From the IMG/VR virus record IMGVR_UViG_3300020477_000024, positions 1 to 61,164 of that record: DNA of 61,164 bases; one strand, given 5' to 3'. The notes under the pieces were generated by a model. The model was not told where the DNA came from. It was given only the letters and a program-made list of their open reading frames with translations, and searched no databases. The stretch comes from a virus (taxonomy: Duplodnaviria > Caudoviricetes). Shown in pieces: positions 31,247 through 41,049 of this stretch (its first letter is position 1; each line of letters opens with the position of its first letter). A program made the position numbers and the translations under genes.

Positions 31247-33159
31247 TCATCCTCACAATCTGATAGTTTGGGTGTAGCACCCTTTGTTCCTTTCATACCT
31301 ACCATACCTTTCATGCCCCGTTCAACAATCGGATCATCATTGACTTTTTGTGTTCCATCTACATTTCCAAATTCTGCTATATTCGTAACAATATCATCAT
31401 CTACAAAATCAGGAACTTTTCCATCAACAATCATCTTAACTGCTTCCTCGAAGGAAGATACAGTTGAAATATTTCCATCCTTGTCAGTGAATGATAAAGG
31501 ATTTTCTAATACATCCAACATATCAAATTCACTATCTTGCATTACTATTGATTTTGCGTTATCGTCTGTTAGCAAAGAATCTCTCATCATTTGCATCATA
31601 GCTGCACTTGCATCATCCAAATCACTTTCTTTAGATTGATTCAACATCATTTTCAACAAGTCTGCTAAAGATAATGCCTTTAATAAAAACTTCAACCAGT
31701 TTAATTGCAACAAACTCTTACACATAGTGAAATTTCCCATCATTTTAAATGATGCAAAAATTGCCTGTCTCATTGCAACTAATGGATTCGGAAATGAAAA
31801 ATCTGGTAATTGTGGTAATTCTGGTATCTCTGGCAAAGAAGGCAAAGCATCTCTCAATTCAGCATTTGCTGTATCTCTTGCTGTCTTTACTTTATCTGAT
31901 ATAGAAGTTTCTATATCTGTTATCTTCCCGATTGCCCCATCTATTGCACCTACCGATTTAGCAAGTTTGGATTTAACTTCCGATTTGATACTATCTGCTA
32001 ATTTTTCTGCGGAATCAACTACATCTCCAACCTCATTTGCCACATCTGTTATTGCATTGGTAACAGGATTTTCAGGTGTAGTTGCATCTTTTATATTTCC
32101 AACTGCATTTGAAGTTTCAGCAAAAGAATTTGTTGCCCCTGCTAAACTAGAATTGGCATTAGTAATACTACCTGAGAGATTCCCCAAAGCACCAGTTGAT
32201 GGCAAACCCGAAGTTGTCATACTTGGAAGATCAGGGCCCATCACACCTTCTGGGGGTATCCCTGCTGGTAAAACAAATGGTTGACCTGTTGAACCATGCA
32301 TTATTGCACCACCTAATTTAGGATCAGTACTCAAAAATGGAGCAGATACAAATGCACCAGTTGGTGATTCCAATAAAACACCTAAATTTCCTTTAATCCT
32401 AACTTGTGTTCCTTCTAAACGAATATATTTTCCTTTGATATTGACATCACCATCAGCAGTAACATTGACATTCCCTTCTGCGTACAAATGTTTAGATTTC
32501 CCATCAACTATCAACTCATAATCATCACCCTTGACTTTAACCAAACGATGACTACCAGTTATAACTTCCATTGTTCCATCTTTATGAATTCTAGTTATTT
32601 TTTCATTATTAGGTGTGTCATCAACCTCGAAAACATGACCTGATTGACTTTCTTCAACCTTGTTATACGGATATTCACCTTTTGATAAACTTGGTTCACT
32701 ATATGGTCGATTCATTTTACCAGCAACTGCAATACCTGTTTTGGGTGTATGGTCTGAAATATATGTATCTTCGTCTTCACCCCTTGATAAACGATTGGTA
32801 TTTACTTCCCCTGTGGGTATTTCTCTTTTTCCACCCCAACTCGGAGCATTCTCTGGTGGTGTTGGATCATCCGCAGTCTTATAACCAGCATCAATAATGT
32901 GTGTCATTATTGGTTGCTGTGCATTTTTTCCATCCGCAAAGAACCCCATAACCCATGTACCAACTGCGGGCCCAATGGGTGAATCACTTGGACGACTATT
33001 AATAGGCATTGCTGGATAGGCAAAAGGTAAATCTGAAGTAGGAATCTGTGCAGTATCATCAGAATGATACCCCAAAATTCTAACTTTAACACGACCCATC
33101 TTTAACGGGTCGGTTAGATCTTCAACTTTACCTTTCCACCATACAAATTCTGGATTCAT
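31240..33159 (-). CDS. gp5: Baseplate hub / central spike gp5 (no lysozyme domain)
   Basis: WW.G.VED..DP..MGRVKVRI.G.H, G.WV.GFF.DG..AQQP, YPYN.V.ES.SGH..E.DDTP..E and H..GT motifs. Confidence 0.9.
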   Translation of the reverse strand: MNPEFVWWKGKVEDLTDPLKMGRVKVRILGYHSDDTAQIPTSDLPFAYPAMPINSRPSDSPIGPAVGTWVMGFFADGKNAQQPIMTHIIDAGYKTADDPTPPENAPSWGGKREIPTGEVNTNRLSRGEDEDTYISDHTPKTGIAVAGKMNRPYSEPSLSKGEYPYNKVEESQSGHVFEVDDTPNNEKITRIHKDGTMEVITGSHRLVKVKGDDYELIVDGKSKHLYAEGNVNVTADGDVNIKGKYIRLEGTQVRIKGNLGVLLESPTGAFVSAPFLSTDPKLGGAIMHGSTGQPFVLPAGIPPEGVMGPDLPSMTTSGLPSTGALGNLSGSITNANSSLAGATNSFAETSNAVGNIKDATTPENPVTNAITDVANEVGDVVDSAEKLADSIKSEVKSKLAKSVGAIDGAIGKITDIETSISDKVKTARDTANAELRDALPSLPEIPELPQLPDFSFPNPLVAMRQAIFASFKMMGNFTMCKSLLQLNWLKFLLKALSLADLLKMMLNQSKESDLDDASAAMMQMMRDSLLTDDNAKSIVMQDSEFDMLDVLENPLSFTDKDGNISTVSSFEEAVKMIVDGKVPDFVDDDIVTNIAEFGNVDGTQKVNDDPIVERGMKGMVGMKGTKGATPKLSDCEDDC

Positions 33160-33163
33160 TTAC

Positions 33164-34267
33164 TTATACTTCTTGTATATCACTGTTTTCTAAATATTTT
33201 GAAATTTCTGCCCACATACCAGCAGTTTTTGGTGAATTAGGTATGCTTTCAATCATCCAACGATAAAGTTGTTGCTGAACTCTATCTTCACCAACCCAAG
33301 AACCACCTTCATGTTTCAGAGTTAATGATTTGAAACCTTTGACCAATTTTTCACCCTTAGTGTTAGTAATCACATTGCCATCTGGGTCAGTCCAGAATAC
33401 AGTATGATCCTTTCCACCTAGAATGACATAGATACCACCGTTTAGACCAGCAACACCACGACTTCTGACTATATCATACATGGTATTGGCAGCTCCAACG
33501 TGTGTTTTGAGCATAATTTCTGAAGAAACTACTCGTTCTCTATTTCTATTTTGCTCAACAGCAACTGCAAAATCAGAAAGAACCCAAACTAAATGGATAC
33601 TGTCAGTATCATAACCAGCATCAATCAGTCTTGGTACTACTTCGGCAATATCATCTAAATCTTTTAAAGTAATATCAAATACGATATTAGGTAGTTGATT
33701 TTTTCCACGACCAGCACGTTGACTGAGCAGAGCATCTAAAGTTTTATTCTTGATACCCAATTCTTTGATTGCTAAGTGTAAAATACCAACATGGTCTTGA
33801 TTTTTGAGTACTAAATCACCTAATAGATAAACTTCTGTGTTATAACTCGTATAATCCAATTTTGGTTTATTTTTTGTTACCTGTACTCTTTCAACTGCTT
33901 TTGGACTATCTTTACTATTTGAATCACGACTAACAATAACATGATAACTGTTATATCGTTCCATTTTTGATAATGCTTGGAATGCTAATTTATATTCATC
34001 AACATCTCTAATTTTATAGTTTGCAACATCCAAAAAATTCTTGGAAGCAAACCCCTTACCAGAACCAGCACCACCAGCAAGAAAAACAACCTGTCCATAT
34101 CTTGCTCGATTATTGAAGAAAATAATCTTTTCATCTAATGATTCATCACCATTCATTTTACCAACTATGGCATCTAGTAAATTAGAAAAATTATTTTCTT
34201 GAAACTCCTCTCCAGTAGATACACCTCGGATAGTTTCGTGTAAATTCAATTGTTTTATTCGTTCCAT
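33164..34267 (-). CDS. P-loop NTPase / kinase (AAA_33 or zeta-like)
   Basis: Walker A FLAGGAGSGKG, IVFD and N..RER.V lid-like motif. Confidence 0.65.
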   Translation of the reverse strand: MERIKQLNLHETIRGVSTGEEFQENNFSNLLDAIVGKMNGDESLDEKIIFFNNRARYGQVVFLAGGAGSGKGFASKNFLDVANYKIRDVDEYKLAFQALSKMERYNSYHVIVSRDSNSKDSPKAVERVQVTKNKPKLDYTSYNTEVYLLGDLVLKNQDHVGILHLAIKELGIKNKTLDALLSQRAGRGKNQLPNIVFDITLKDLDDIAEVVPRLIDAGYDTDSIHLVWVLSDFAVAVEQNRNRERVVSSEIMLKTHVGAANTMYDIVRSRGVAGLNGGIYVILGGKDHTVFWTDPDGNVITNTKGEKLVKGFKSLTLKHEGGSWVGEDRVQQQLYRWMIESIPNSPKTAGMWAEISKYLENSDIQEV

Positions 34268-34270
34268 TTC

Positions 34271-35590
34271 TTATTTCCCCTTTGGCAATGCACTAAAATA
34301 TGAATCTTTGACGACTTCCATATGCATAGAATGTCTATCATCTTTGATGGAATGTCGTAAACTCGTAACTAAATAATTCCCTGAATGTAATTTATCTTCG
34401 ACTTGTTCCCCTGCTTGTATAGAATCCATATCAATCGTAACAATATCACCGACATTTCGTTTAACATCGCCTGGTAAAGTAATAGTATATTTTATATTTT
34501 GCAATTGTTGCATTTGTGAAACTCTTTTTTGTATAACCTTCTCGGTATAATTGTTTTCTTTGTCAAAACGAACTATATGATATTGCTTTGATAATGGACT
34601 AGTGTTGTAATCATCTGCCTTTTCTCCAATCAGCATATTATTATCAAAGGGATTGACACCCTGTACTTCTTGTAAACCCCACCTATCTTTTCTTGGACTA
34701 TTTTCTATATGTGAATGATCGGAAAATGATTTACTATAATCGAAATCCAATGTTTCAGTTTTCCTCTGTATCATATCATGAACCACTACCCTACTCGCAT
34801 ACATACCAATCGGAATATTTTTCAACAGATCAAAGGTATTTGTTACCAACATAGTTTCTATTGTTTGTTGTGTATCATCTCGAACTACATTTCTTTGTGG
34901 TTCTACATCTGTTGAAGACATTTTTCTATTATATGTTTCTTGCGAAGGTTTTTCAACTAAAGATTCAATACTTTTAAAGTTAAACCCTTCTCTAGTTTCA
35001 AAAAACATAAAATTTGCACCTTCATTTGCTTCACCAATTGCTCTTTTTGATAACCAATTAATCGCATCCAACGGTTTCAGGTTTGGTATTACTATATTAT
35101 GGTTATTTTTAGTGTTATCTGATGATAATTTCTTTTCACTATCCAAATCAGAAGAAAAAATTCCTTGAACCATATTTGATATAGTCCTATTAGAAAATGA
35201 CCGACTGATACTAGTTTTCATACTAGTCAGAAGTTCTTCCGAAACAAAATTGATAATATACGTTCTAATATCTTGTCTGGGAGCATTTATATTGCTGAGA
35301 TTATAAACACGAAATGTCTTTTTAATCTCGACATCTTCTTGTTGTGGATCAAAAAGAACTATATCCAACTTTTCATGCCCAACAATGGGAAAATTTGAAA
35401 TTAAATTCGCAGATTCTTGTACTACTATATTTCCTGTCATGACATTAGTAAACATATTTTCAAATATAGAAACTTCACCCATTATATCCATCAAACTAAC
35501 CCGTTTATTGATTAGTGTAGAATACAATGACAAATCTCTCAATTTATACTCAAAGGGATATTTTATATTTTCTTGCGATCTAATCAGCAC
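34271..35590 (-). CDS. Baseplate hub / tail protein (gp27-like)
   Basis: IFE..F...MTG.I, PIVG.E, F.FFETREG.NF.SI.SL and SG.YLVT.LRH motifs; lies between gp53 and gp5. Confidence 0.7.
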   Translation of the reverse strand: MLIRSQENIKYPFEYKLRDLSLYSTLINKRVSLMDIMGEVSIFENMFTNVMTGNIVVQESANLISNFPIVGHEKLDIVLFDPQQEDVEIKKTFRVYNLSNINAPRQDIRTYIINFVSEELLTSMKTSISRSFSNRTISNMVQGIFSSDLDSEKKLSSDNTKNNHNIVIPNLKPLDAINWLSKRAIGEANEGANFMFFETREGFNFKSIESLVEKPSQETYNRKMSSTDVEPQRNVVRDDTQQTIETMLVTNTFDLLKNIPIGMYASRVVVHDMIQRKTETLDFDYSKSFSDHSHIENSPRKDRWGLQEVQGVNPFDNNMLIGEKADDYNTSPLSKQYHIVRFDKENNYTEKVIQKRVSQMQQLQNIKYTITLPGDVKRNVGDIVTIDMDSIQAGEQVEDKLHSGNYLVTSLRHSIKDDRHSMHMEVVKDSYFSALPKGK

Positions 35591-36356
35591 TTGTCAATAA
35601 CCTCTTCAATTCGTTCTCAAATTGGGGTAAATATTGCTCTCTAAGTGTAAGAACTTCTCTCTTTTTGTCATTTTCTACAACTTCAAAATCTGCATTGGTT
35701 ACAGCAGTTGCTCCTGTAGCAGTTCTACCAACTTGTATACCATCACTATTTTCGTAATGATGAACTGCTTCCCTCTCGTTAGTAATACTAGATATTTTCC
35801 CGACAGCACCTGATTCTTCACCTTTAACGAAATTGTCAACATTCCAAGACACAGGTGTTGTGGTACTAATATTTAACTGTATTAATGATGCCTGAAAACT
35901 CTTAACTGTTCCTGTAGCATCCAATTTAGTACCGTCTGCTTGATATTCATTGACAGTTTCGTTTTCAACAAAAAAACGTTTAACGTTGCTATCAACCGCA
36001 CCATATGTTGTATCTGAAAAATGGGTATTTACTAAAGATATAGATCTGTCAGGATATTTTCTATCAATATGCTGTTCTAAAACTTGATTTTGCATAACCC
36101 AATCATGGTATGGATCAACAATATTATTTAGCATCATATTAACCCAGTGATAATATGTATGTTCATACATATCAAACGCAAATAAATCAGGTCTTTGATC
36201 GTTATGAACAACTTCTTTATAATATGTAGGCAAATATTTGTTGAAATCACCTCTAATACCAACCCTACGCATAATATCTATCACATTTTTTGGTCTGTTA
36301 TTTTGCTCAATATCATAATCAATTCTCGGAAAATGTTCAAAATATTTTGTTGGCAT
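35580..36356 (-). CDS. gp53: Baseplate wedge subunit gp53
   Basis: YF..FP.I.Y, RPD..A...Y....YHW....N.I.DPY.DW, VHHYE and E...ND.KR motifs. Confidence 0.88.
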   Translation of the reverse strand: MPTKYFEHFPRIDYDIEQNNRPKNVIDIMRRVGIRGDFNKYLPTYYKEVVHNDQRPDLFAFDMYEHTYYHWVNMMLNNIVDPYHDWVMQNQVLEQHIDRKYPDRSISLVNTHFSDTTYGAVDSNVKRFFVENETVNEYQADGTKLDATGTVKSFQASLIQLNISTTTPVSWNVDNFVKGEESGAVGKISSITNEREAVHHYENSDGIQVGRTATGATAVTNADFEVVENDKKREVLTLREQYLPQFENELKRLLTSAD

Positions 36357-36361
36357 ATTAC

Positions 36362-37213
36362 TTACCCCTCTGGATATGCTCTCGAAGCATAATGATCTTT
36401 ATATACAAGTTGAACTTCTTTAAATTGCAATGATAATTCAATGTCAACTGGAGCTCCATTTGCAAAAGTTGTCCATCCATCACTTGCGGTATGGTTGACT
36501 TCAACATTCTCTAATACGGAACGGGTAATAATTGGCAACCATTTGTTCCTTTCTCCATCTTCACCAATATTAAATCGAATATTGAATTGTGATGGATATG
36601 TCATTCTATATCCCTTTTTACTTAAACTAGGTGAAGCATGATATTTAAATGCATTTATCATGCGATGGATTGTTTCAGTATCTTTTTCTTCAAATGCCAT
36701 CAATTTATGCCGAAACTGAAATGATCTAAACCCAATACCCTCAAAAAATTGCTCCAAATAAGGATTGGGTACTGATCCCATTGTCTTATTGACAGAATTT
36801 TGAACATCTTCTGCCGAAATATCAAATGCCTTACCGAGCAAACTACCTTCTACCATATCCCCCAATAAATTTGCTCCTACTGTTGTTCCTCTTTCAGCGG
36901 CATGTTGCTTTACTGATTCTATCATTCCTTTGCCATCAAACTTTCCACTAGTCAGTCCAGAAATTCCTTTCATAATATCTGACCCAATACTACCAAGTTT
37001 TGCTAAAGCAGAAGAACCATCTGCATAACTTGCTTCAACCGAAGATTCGATCTGATGTGGCATGTGTATATTCCATACAGTTCCACTATCATGGGTTACA
37101 TTCTGCGTTCCTCCACCATGTGTATATGCTTCATAAGTAATCCAACCCATTGTGGTTTCACCGTCTCTGCCCATACCATTTGACCCACTTGGATTATAAT
37201 TAAACTCTGCCAT
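36362..37213 (-). CDS. gp48: Baseplate tail-tube cap gp48
   Basis: NP..E..F.G..FR.F.F, YP..F.I.F and G.PV...LSL.F.E motifs. Confidence 0.85.
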   Translation of the reverse strand: MAEFNYNPSGSNGMGRDGETTMGWITYEAYTHGGGTQNVTHDSGTVWNIHMPHQIESSVEASYADGSSALAKLGSIGSDIMKGISGLTSGKFDGKGMIESVKQHAAERGTTVGANLLGDMVEGSLLGKAFDISAEDVQNSVNKTMGSVPNPYLEQFFEGIGFRSFQFRHKLMAFEEKDTETIHRMINAFKYHASPSLSKKGYRMTYPSQFNIRFNIGEDGERNKWLPIITRSVLENVEVNHTASDGWTTFANGAPVDIELSLQFKEVQLVYKDHYASRAYPEG

Positions 37214-37236
37214 TTGATAATTCTCCTATGTCAAGA

Positions 37237-37260
37237 TATTTATAATTATAAGTATTTATA
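37237..37260. promoter_or_regulatory. Divergent late promoter cluster
   Basis: TATAAATA on the minus strand at 37237-37244 and 37253-37260; TATAAGTA variant on the plus strand at 37247-37254. Sits at the gp48/gp4 strand switch. Confidence 0.65.
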
Positions 37261-37285
37261 TAACAATAAAACGTGGAGTATCTTT

Positions 37286-37717
37286 ATGCCTTATCGTGGA
37301 ACATACATTCCTAACAATCCAAATAAATATAAAGGAACAAAGAAAATTATTTGGAGATCGTCTTGGGAACTGAAATTTATGAAATATTGTGATCGGGAAC
37401 CCAATATCATAGAATGGATAAGTGAACCATTCCCAATAAGTTACTATTTACCAACAGACAGAAAATGGCATCGGTACTATCCCGACTTTTTGGTAAAAAC
37501 CAAAACCAAAGATAACCAATATAAAACAACATTGGTAGAAATAAAACCCGAAAAACAAACAAAACCCCCAATTAAAGGGAAGAAAAAGAGAAAAACTATT
37601 CTCAACGAACAAAAAACTTGGGTAATGAATCAGAGCAAATGGAAATTTGCAAAAGATTTTTGTAATCGTCAAGGAATAGAGTTCAAAATTCTAACCGAGA
37701 AGGAATTACTAATCTAA
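37286..37717 (+). CDS. gp4: Head completion nuclease gp4
   Basis: Start MPYRG at 37286 with GGAG RBS. P.NP.KY.G, RSSWE.KFM..CD, HRYYPDF, EIKP and N..KW..A motifs. Confidence 0.92.
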   Translation: MPYRGTYIPNNPNKYKGTKKIIWRSSWELKFMKYCDREPNIIEWISEPFPISYYLPTDRKWHRYYPDFLVKTKTKDNQYKTTLVEIKPEKQTKPPIKGKKKRKTILNEQKTWVMNQSKWKFAKDFCNRQGIEFKILTEKELLI

Positions 37718-38289
37718 TGGCAATACTAGACGGTCTAAGAACAACTAGCAAAAATTCAATTTCATGGTTTAAGGATAACGTTAGAAAACTGATGAATGAT
37801 AAACGTTTTAGTCGGATTAGTCGTAACGACCTAATGAGAGATACTGACTATATGACAACCAGATTAGAGTTGGGAAAAATGTATTTATTCCAATATGACC
37901 CCAAACATAAAAGAACATTGCCATATTATGACACATATCCGTTGACCATACCCATAGAAAGATATAACGATGGATTTCTAGGTTTAAATCTTCATTATCT
38001 ACCACCAAAATTAAGACTCACTCTCTTAGAACAGTTACTTAAATTGGTTAATACGAAAAATATGTCAGAAAGAACTAAAATAGTTGCAACTTATAATCTA
38101 CTCAGTTCAAGTGCTAAATATAAATTCATGAAACCAACGATCAAAAGATACCTAAATAATCACATAAGAAGTCCATATATACAGATAAAACCAGAAGATT
38201 GGAAAATAGCAATATTTCTACCATACGAAGGATTTAAAAAAGCATCTAAAAACAATGTATGGAAGGATTCAACGAGGATGGTTAGATGA
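37717..38289 (+). CDS. gp2: DNA end protector protein gp2
   Basis: GKMY.F.YDPK.K.TLPYYD.YPL, G.NLHYL, KRYL..H and VW.DS motifs. Confidence 0.92.
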   Translation: MAILDGLRTTSKNSISWFKDNVRKLMNDKRFSRISRNDLMRDTDYMTTRLELGKMYLFQYDPKHKRTLPYYDTYPLTIPIERYNDGFLGLNLHYLPPKLRLTLLEQLLKLVNTKNMSERTKIVATYNLLSSSAKYKFMKPTIKRYLNNHIRSPYIQIKPEDWKIAIFLPYEGFKKASKNNVWKDSTRMVR

Positions 38290-38873
38290 ACATCGAAAAA
38301 TTCATTAGTAAAATAAAGAAAGAAGGAATTGGCAGAACAAATCGTTTTAAAATGGACATTGCAATTCCAAACATCTTGTTGGGCAAACTACCAAATGGTC
38401 TGACTCAATCAACTATGAAAGAACACATAGAAATTATGGTTGCCAATGCTTCTATACCAAGCAAAACCATTTCTACCAATTCAGTTCTTGCGCCGGGAGC
38501 AGAGCAAAAATATCCTTATGCACCTGAAATGGAAGATATAACAATATCCTTCATGTGTACCAGAGAATTTGTAGAAAGAAAATTCATTGATGCTTGGATG
38601 AATGAAGTCGTACAGATGGATGGGGGAAGTTTTACTATCGGATATAGAAATGAGTACAATACCGAATTAAAACTCCGAGTTTTCGATGACAAAAACACCC
38701 AAATAGACCAAATAGATTTTTCTGCATGTTTTCCATTATCTGTAAGTGCAATAGAATTGACACATGAAGAACAATCCGAAATTCCAACATTTGAAGTTGT
38801 ATTCCAGATAGATTATTGGAATAGACCAGAACGTTCATTGTGGTTAGACAAACTTCCAAAAGACGAAAACTAA
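38286..38873 (+). CDS. gp54: Tail tube initiator / tube-like protein (gp54)
   Basis: R.NRF, A.IP, ER.FI..WM, Y..EY and FP.SV..I.L motifs. Confidence 0.75.
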   Translation: MNIEKFISKIKKEGIGRTNRFKMDIAIPNILLGKLPNGLTQSTMKEHIEIMVANASIPSKTISTNSVLAPGAEQKYPYAPEMEDITISFMCTREFVERKFIDAWMNEVVQMDGGSFTIGYRNEYNTELKLRVFDDKNTQIDQIDFSACFPLSVSAIELTHEEQSEIPTFEVVFQIDYWNRPERSLWLDKLPKDEN

Positions 38874-38913
38874 ACCACAGTTTCAGCACTTTTATAAACG
38901 AGGAATATAAATT

Positions 38914-39612
38914 ATGGCATTACCAAAAATAAATGTACCAACATATGAATTGACTATACCGTCTACGCAACAACAAGTTACTTATAGACCCTTTTTGGTC
39001 AAAGAAGAAAAAATATTGCTAATGGCAAATCAAGATGAAAATGATACAGATCAAATGATTCGTGCAATGCGTCAAATAATAAATAACTGCATTTTAATGA
39101 ATAATTTTGACTCTGAACAGTTGCCAATATTTGACATAGAATATATTTTCCTAAAATTAAGAGCAAAATCAGTAGGTGAAATATCTGAAGTTGGGTTTAG
39201 ATGTCCAAAATGCGAAACAATCAATAAAGTAGAAATTAATTTAGAACAAGTAGAAGTAAAGACCTTTGAAGATCATACAAATCAAATACAATTAACTGAC
39301 ACCATTGGTGTGATTTTAAAATATCCAGATATGGACAGCATCTCTGGTGAAACAGAAGTAGAAAATGTAATGAATATTTTATCCAAAAGCATTGAGTCCA
39401 TATATGAAAAGGATGAAATACATAGTGCATCTGATTATAAACCAGAAGAAATTTCGGAATTTATAGATGGTCTAACACAAGATCAATTTGAAAAAATGCA
39501 AAAGTTCTTTGAAACAATGCCTAAACTATCACATGAAACAGAATATGTATGTAGTAATTGCAATCATCACCAAAAACTGGTTATAGAAGGATTGCAAAAT
39601 TTTTTCGGATAG
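38914..39612 (+). CDS. gp26: Baseplate hub assembly protein gp26
   Basis: MALPK...PTYEL..PST....YRPFLVKEEK.LL.A, FDIEY.FL.LRAKSVGE, two CxxC motifs, ends EGLQNFFG. Confidence 0.9.
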   Translation: MALPKINVPTYELTIPSTQQQVTYRPFLVKEEKILLMANQDENDTDQMIRAMRQIINNCILMNNFDSEQLPIFDIEYIFLKLRAKSVGEISEVGFRCPKCETINKVEINLEQVEVKTFEDHTNQIQLTDTIGVILKYPDMDSISGETEVENVMNILSKSIESIYEKDEIHSASDYKPEEISEFIDGLTQDQFEKMQKFFETMPKLSHETEYVCSNCNHHQKLVIEGLQNFFG

Positions 39613-39788
39613 CATTAGGGCATAATTCATTAGAAAACGTTTATCTGACAAACTTTGCCCTAATGCAACATCATAAATATAGTTTGTCAGAATTAGAAGA
39701 AATGATTCCATTTGAACGAGAAATATATATTGCCCTTCTCAAAAATTGGATCAAAGAAGAAAACGAAAGAATAAAACAGGAGAAGTAA
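39606..39788 (+). CDS. gp51: gp51-like hub assembly catalyst, probably reached by -1 frameshift from gp26
   Basis: HNSL.N.Y.TNFALMQHHKYSL.E.E.MIP.ER.IY motif. No convincing start or RBS before the conserved HNSL segment; lies in the -1 frame of gp26. Confidence 0.75.
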   Translation, partial: RIALGHNSLENVYLTNFALMQHHKYSLSELEEMIPFEREIYIALLKNWIKEENERIKQEK

Positions 39789-39789
39789 T

Positions 39790-40029
39790 GTGGATCAAAT
39801 CAACGAATACGTCAAGGAACTCGATGAACTCCAGAAAATGAGTTCACCATCATATAGAGGAAAGGCATCTGTTGTTCGTGGTGGATTGGCAATGACTGAT
39901 GAAAGACTTGGAAAAATGCGTATTATGATGAGAAATATTGTTAGAAATGAAGGAGCAGATACGTTAGCAGACGAACTAAAATCCGCACTCAGTGCATCAG
40001 AGATTAAACAACTAAAAAATATGTTGTAA
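39790..40029 (+). CDS. Hypothetical protein
   Basis: 79 aa, GTG start with AGGAG upstream. Confidence 0.65.
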   Translation: MDQINEYVKELDELQKMSSPSYRGKASVVRGGLAMTDERLGKMRIMMRNIVRNEGADTLADELKSALSASEIKQLKNML

Positions 40030-40039
40030 GGAGAACATT

Positions 40040-40816
40040 ATCAAAATCGTACCCTATTTATTATGTTTATTGTTACTACTACCATTTGCTTCGGCAAAGG
40101 ATTATTACACAACTGATAAATTATTGTACATGTGGAATTTTGATAACGAAAGAAATTTTTTGATGGATATTAAGTCGAATACAATTGCACATAAAAGAGG
40201 AACTGTCAGGTGGATTCCAAGAGAATATTCATATCATAATTCACCTGTTATTCATATACATGGGAACATAGACCCAAAATCTAGTTTTACTATCCCTGCT
40301 CGTTATCTTGAACGGGAATTAACCGAATGGACACTCGATTTTGAATTTGGTGTTGGTTCTCACGATTTAGACCATACAGTTAGGGATAACGGAAAGTTGA
40401 TGCCGTTTGGACAGATACTTAGATGGGGTGAGTTGAGAATTTTATTCTATCAAGATTCTGGTCAGGCATGGAAAGGAATTGTTAGAATAGTATATCAGGG
40501 TGAAACGAGAACTATTGAGTATTTACGGGGATTTAAGTATTACTATATGGCAGTCAGGTCAGAAACAAACGGAATTTCAATTTGGTTAGATTCATATTGT
40601 ACTGATTACATCGAAATACCCAAAAGTTCTATGGTAGGTCAACCCATTTTTTTCGGTGGAAATGGTTTTGCTGGTAGATTCGATGATATTAAATTGTACA
40701 ATAAGAGATTATGGCCATGGGAAATAACAGCAAACTATTGGGGTAAAGAATTGAAAGTGAAACCCAAAGGAAAACAATCATTGCAATGGGCAGAAATAAG
40801 ATCAAAACGATTATAG
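40040..40816 (+). CDS. Secreted LamG/concanavalin-like protein with C-terminal V.P.GK....W..I[KR] motif
   Basis: Signal peptide KIVPYLLCLLLLLPFASA, then WNFD and FAGRFDDIKLYNKRL...EI; ends VKPKGKQSLQWAEIR. AAGGAG RBS is followed by in-frame ATT/ATC rather than ATG. Confidence 0.75.
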   Translation: MKIVPYLLCLLLLLPFASAKDYYTTDKLLYMWNFDNERNFLMDIKSNTIAHKRGTVRWIPREYSYHNSPVIHIHGNIDPKSSFTIPARYLERELTEWTLDFEFGVGSHDLDHTVRDNGKLMPFGQILRWGELRILFYQDSGQAWKGIVRIVYQGETRTIEYLRGFKYYYMAVRSETNGISIWLDSYCTDYIEIPKSSMVGQPIFFGGNGFAGRFDDIKLYNKRLWPWEITANYWGKELKVKPKGKQSLQWAEIRSKRL

Positions 40817-41034
40817 CATTATTGAAATACGGATGGAAAGTCCGAAGAAAAAACTGGTGGTGTAGGTTTCCATTTATACCTATACCACCTAAAAACTGGT
40901 TACTATGGAGATTTGAAACTGCATGGGGTATTAATTCAATGAATCCAAAGTGGGAAGATTTCCCACCAATTAAACACATCATAAGGGATATATGGAAATT
41001 CGGTAAATGGTTGAACCATATGAACCACAGATAA
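40786..41034 (+). CDS. Trp-rich basic hypothetical protein
   Basis: 82 aa filling the gap before the tape-measure-like gene; WW.R.PFIP.P....WR.ETAWG. Confidence 0.6.
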   Translation: MGRNKIKTIIALLKYGWKVRRKNWWCRFPFIPIPPKNWLLWRFETAWGINSMNPKWEDFPPIKHIIRDIWKFGKWLNHMNHR

Positions 41035-41049
41035 AAAAGGTTTACTAAA

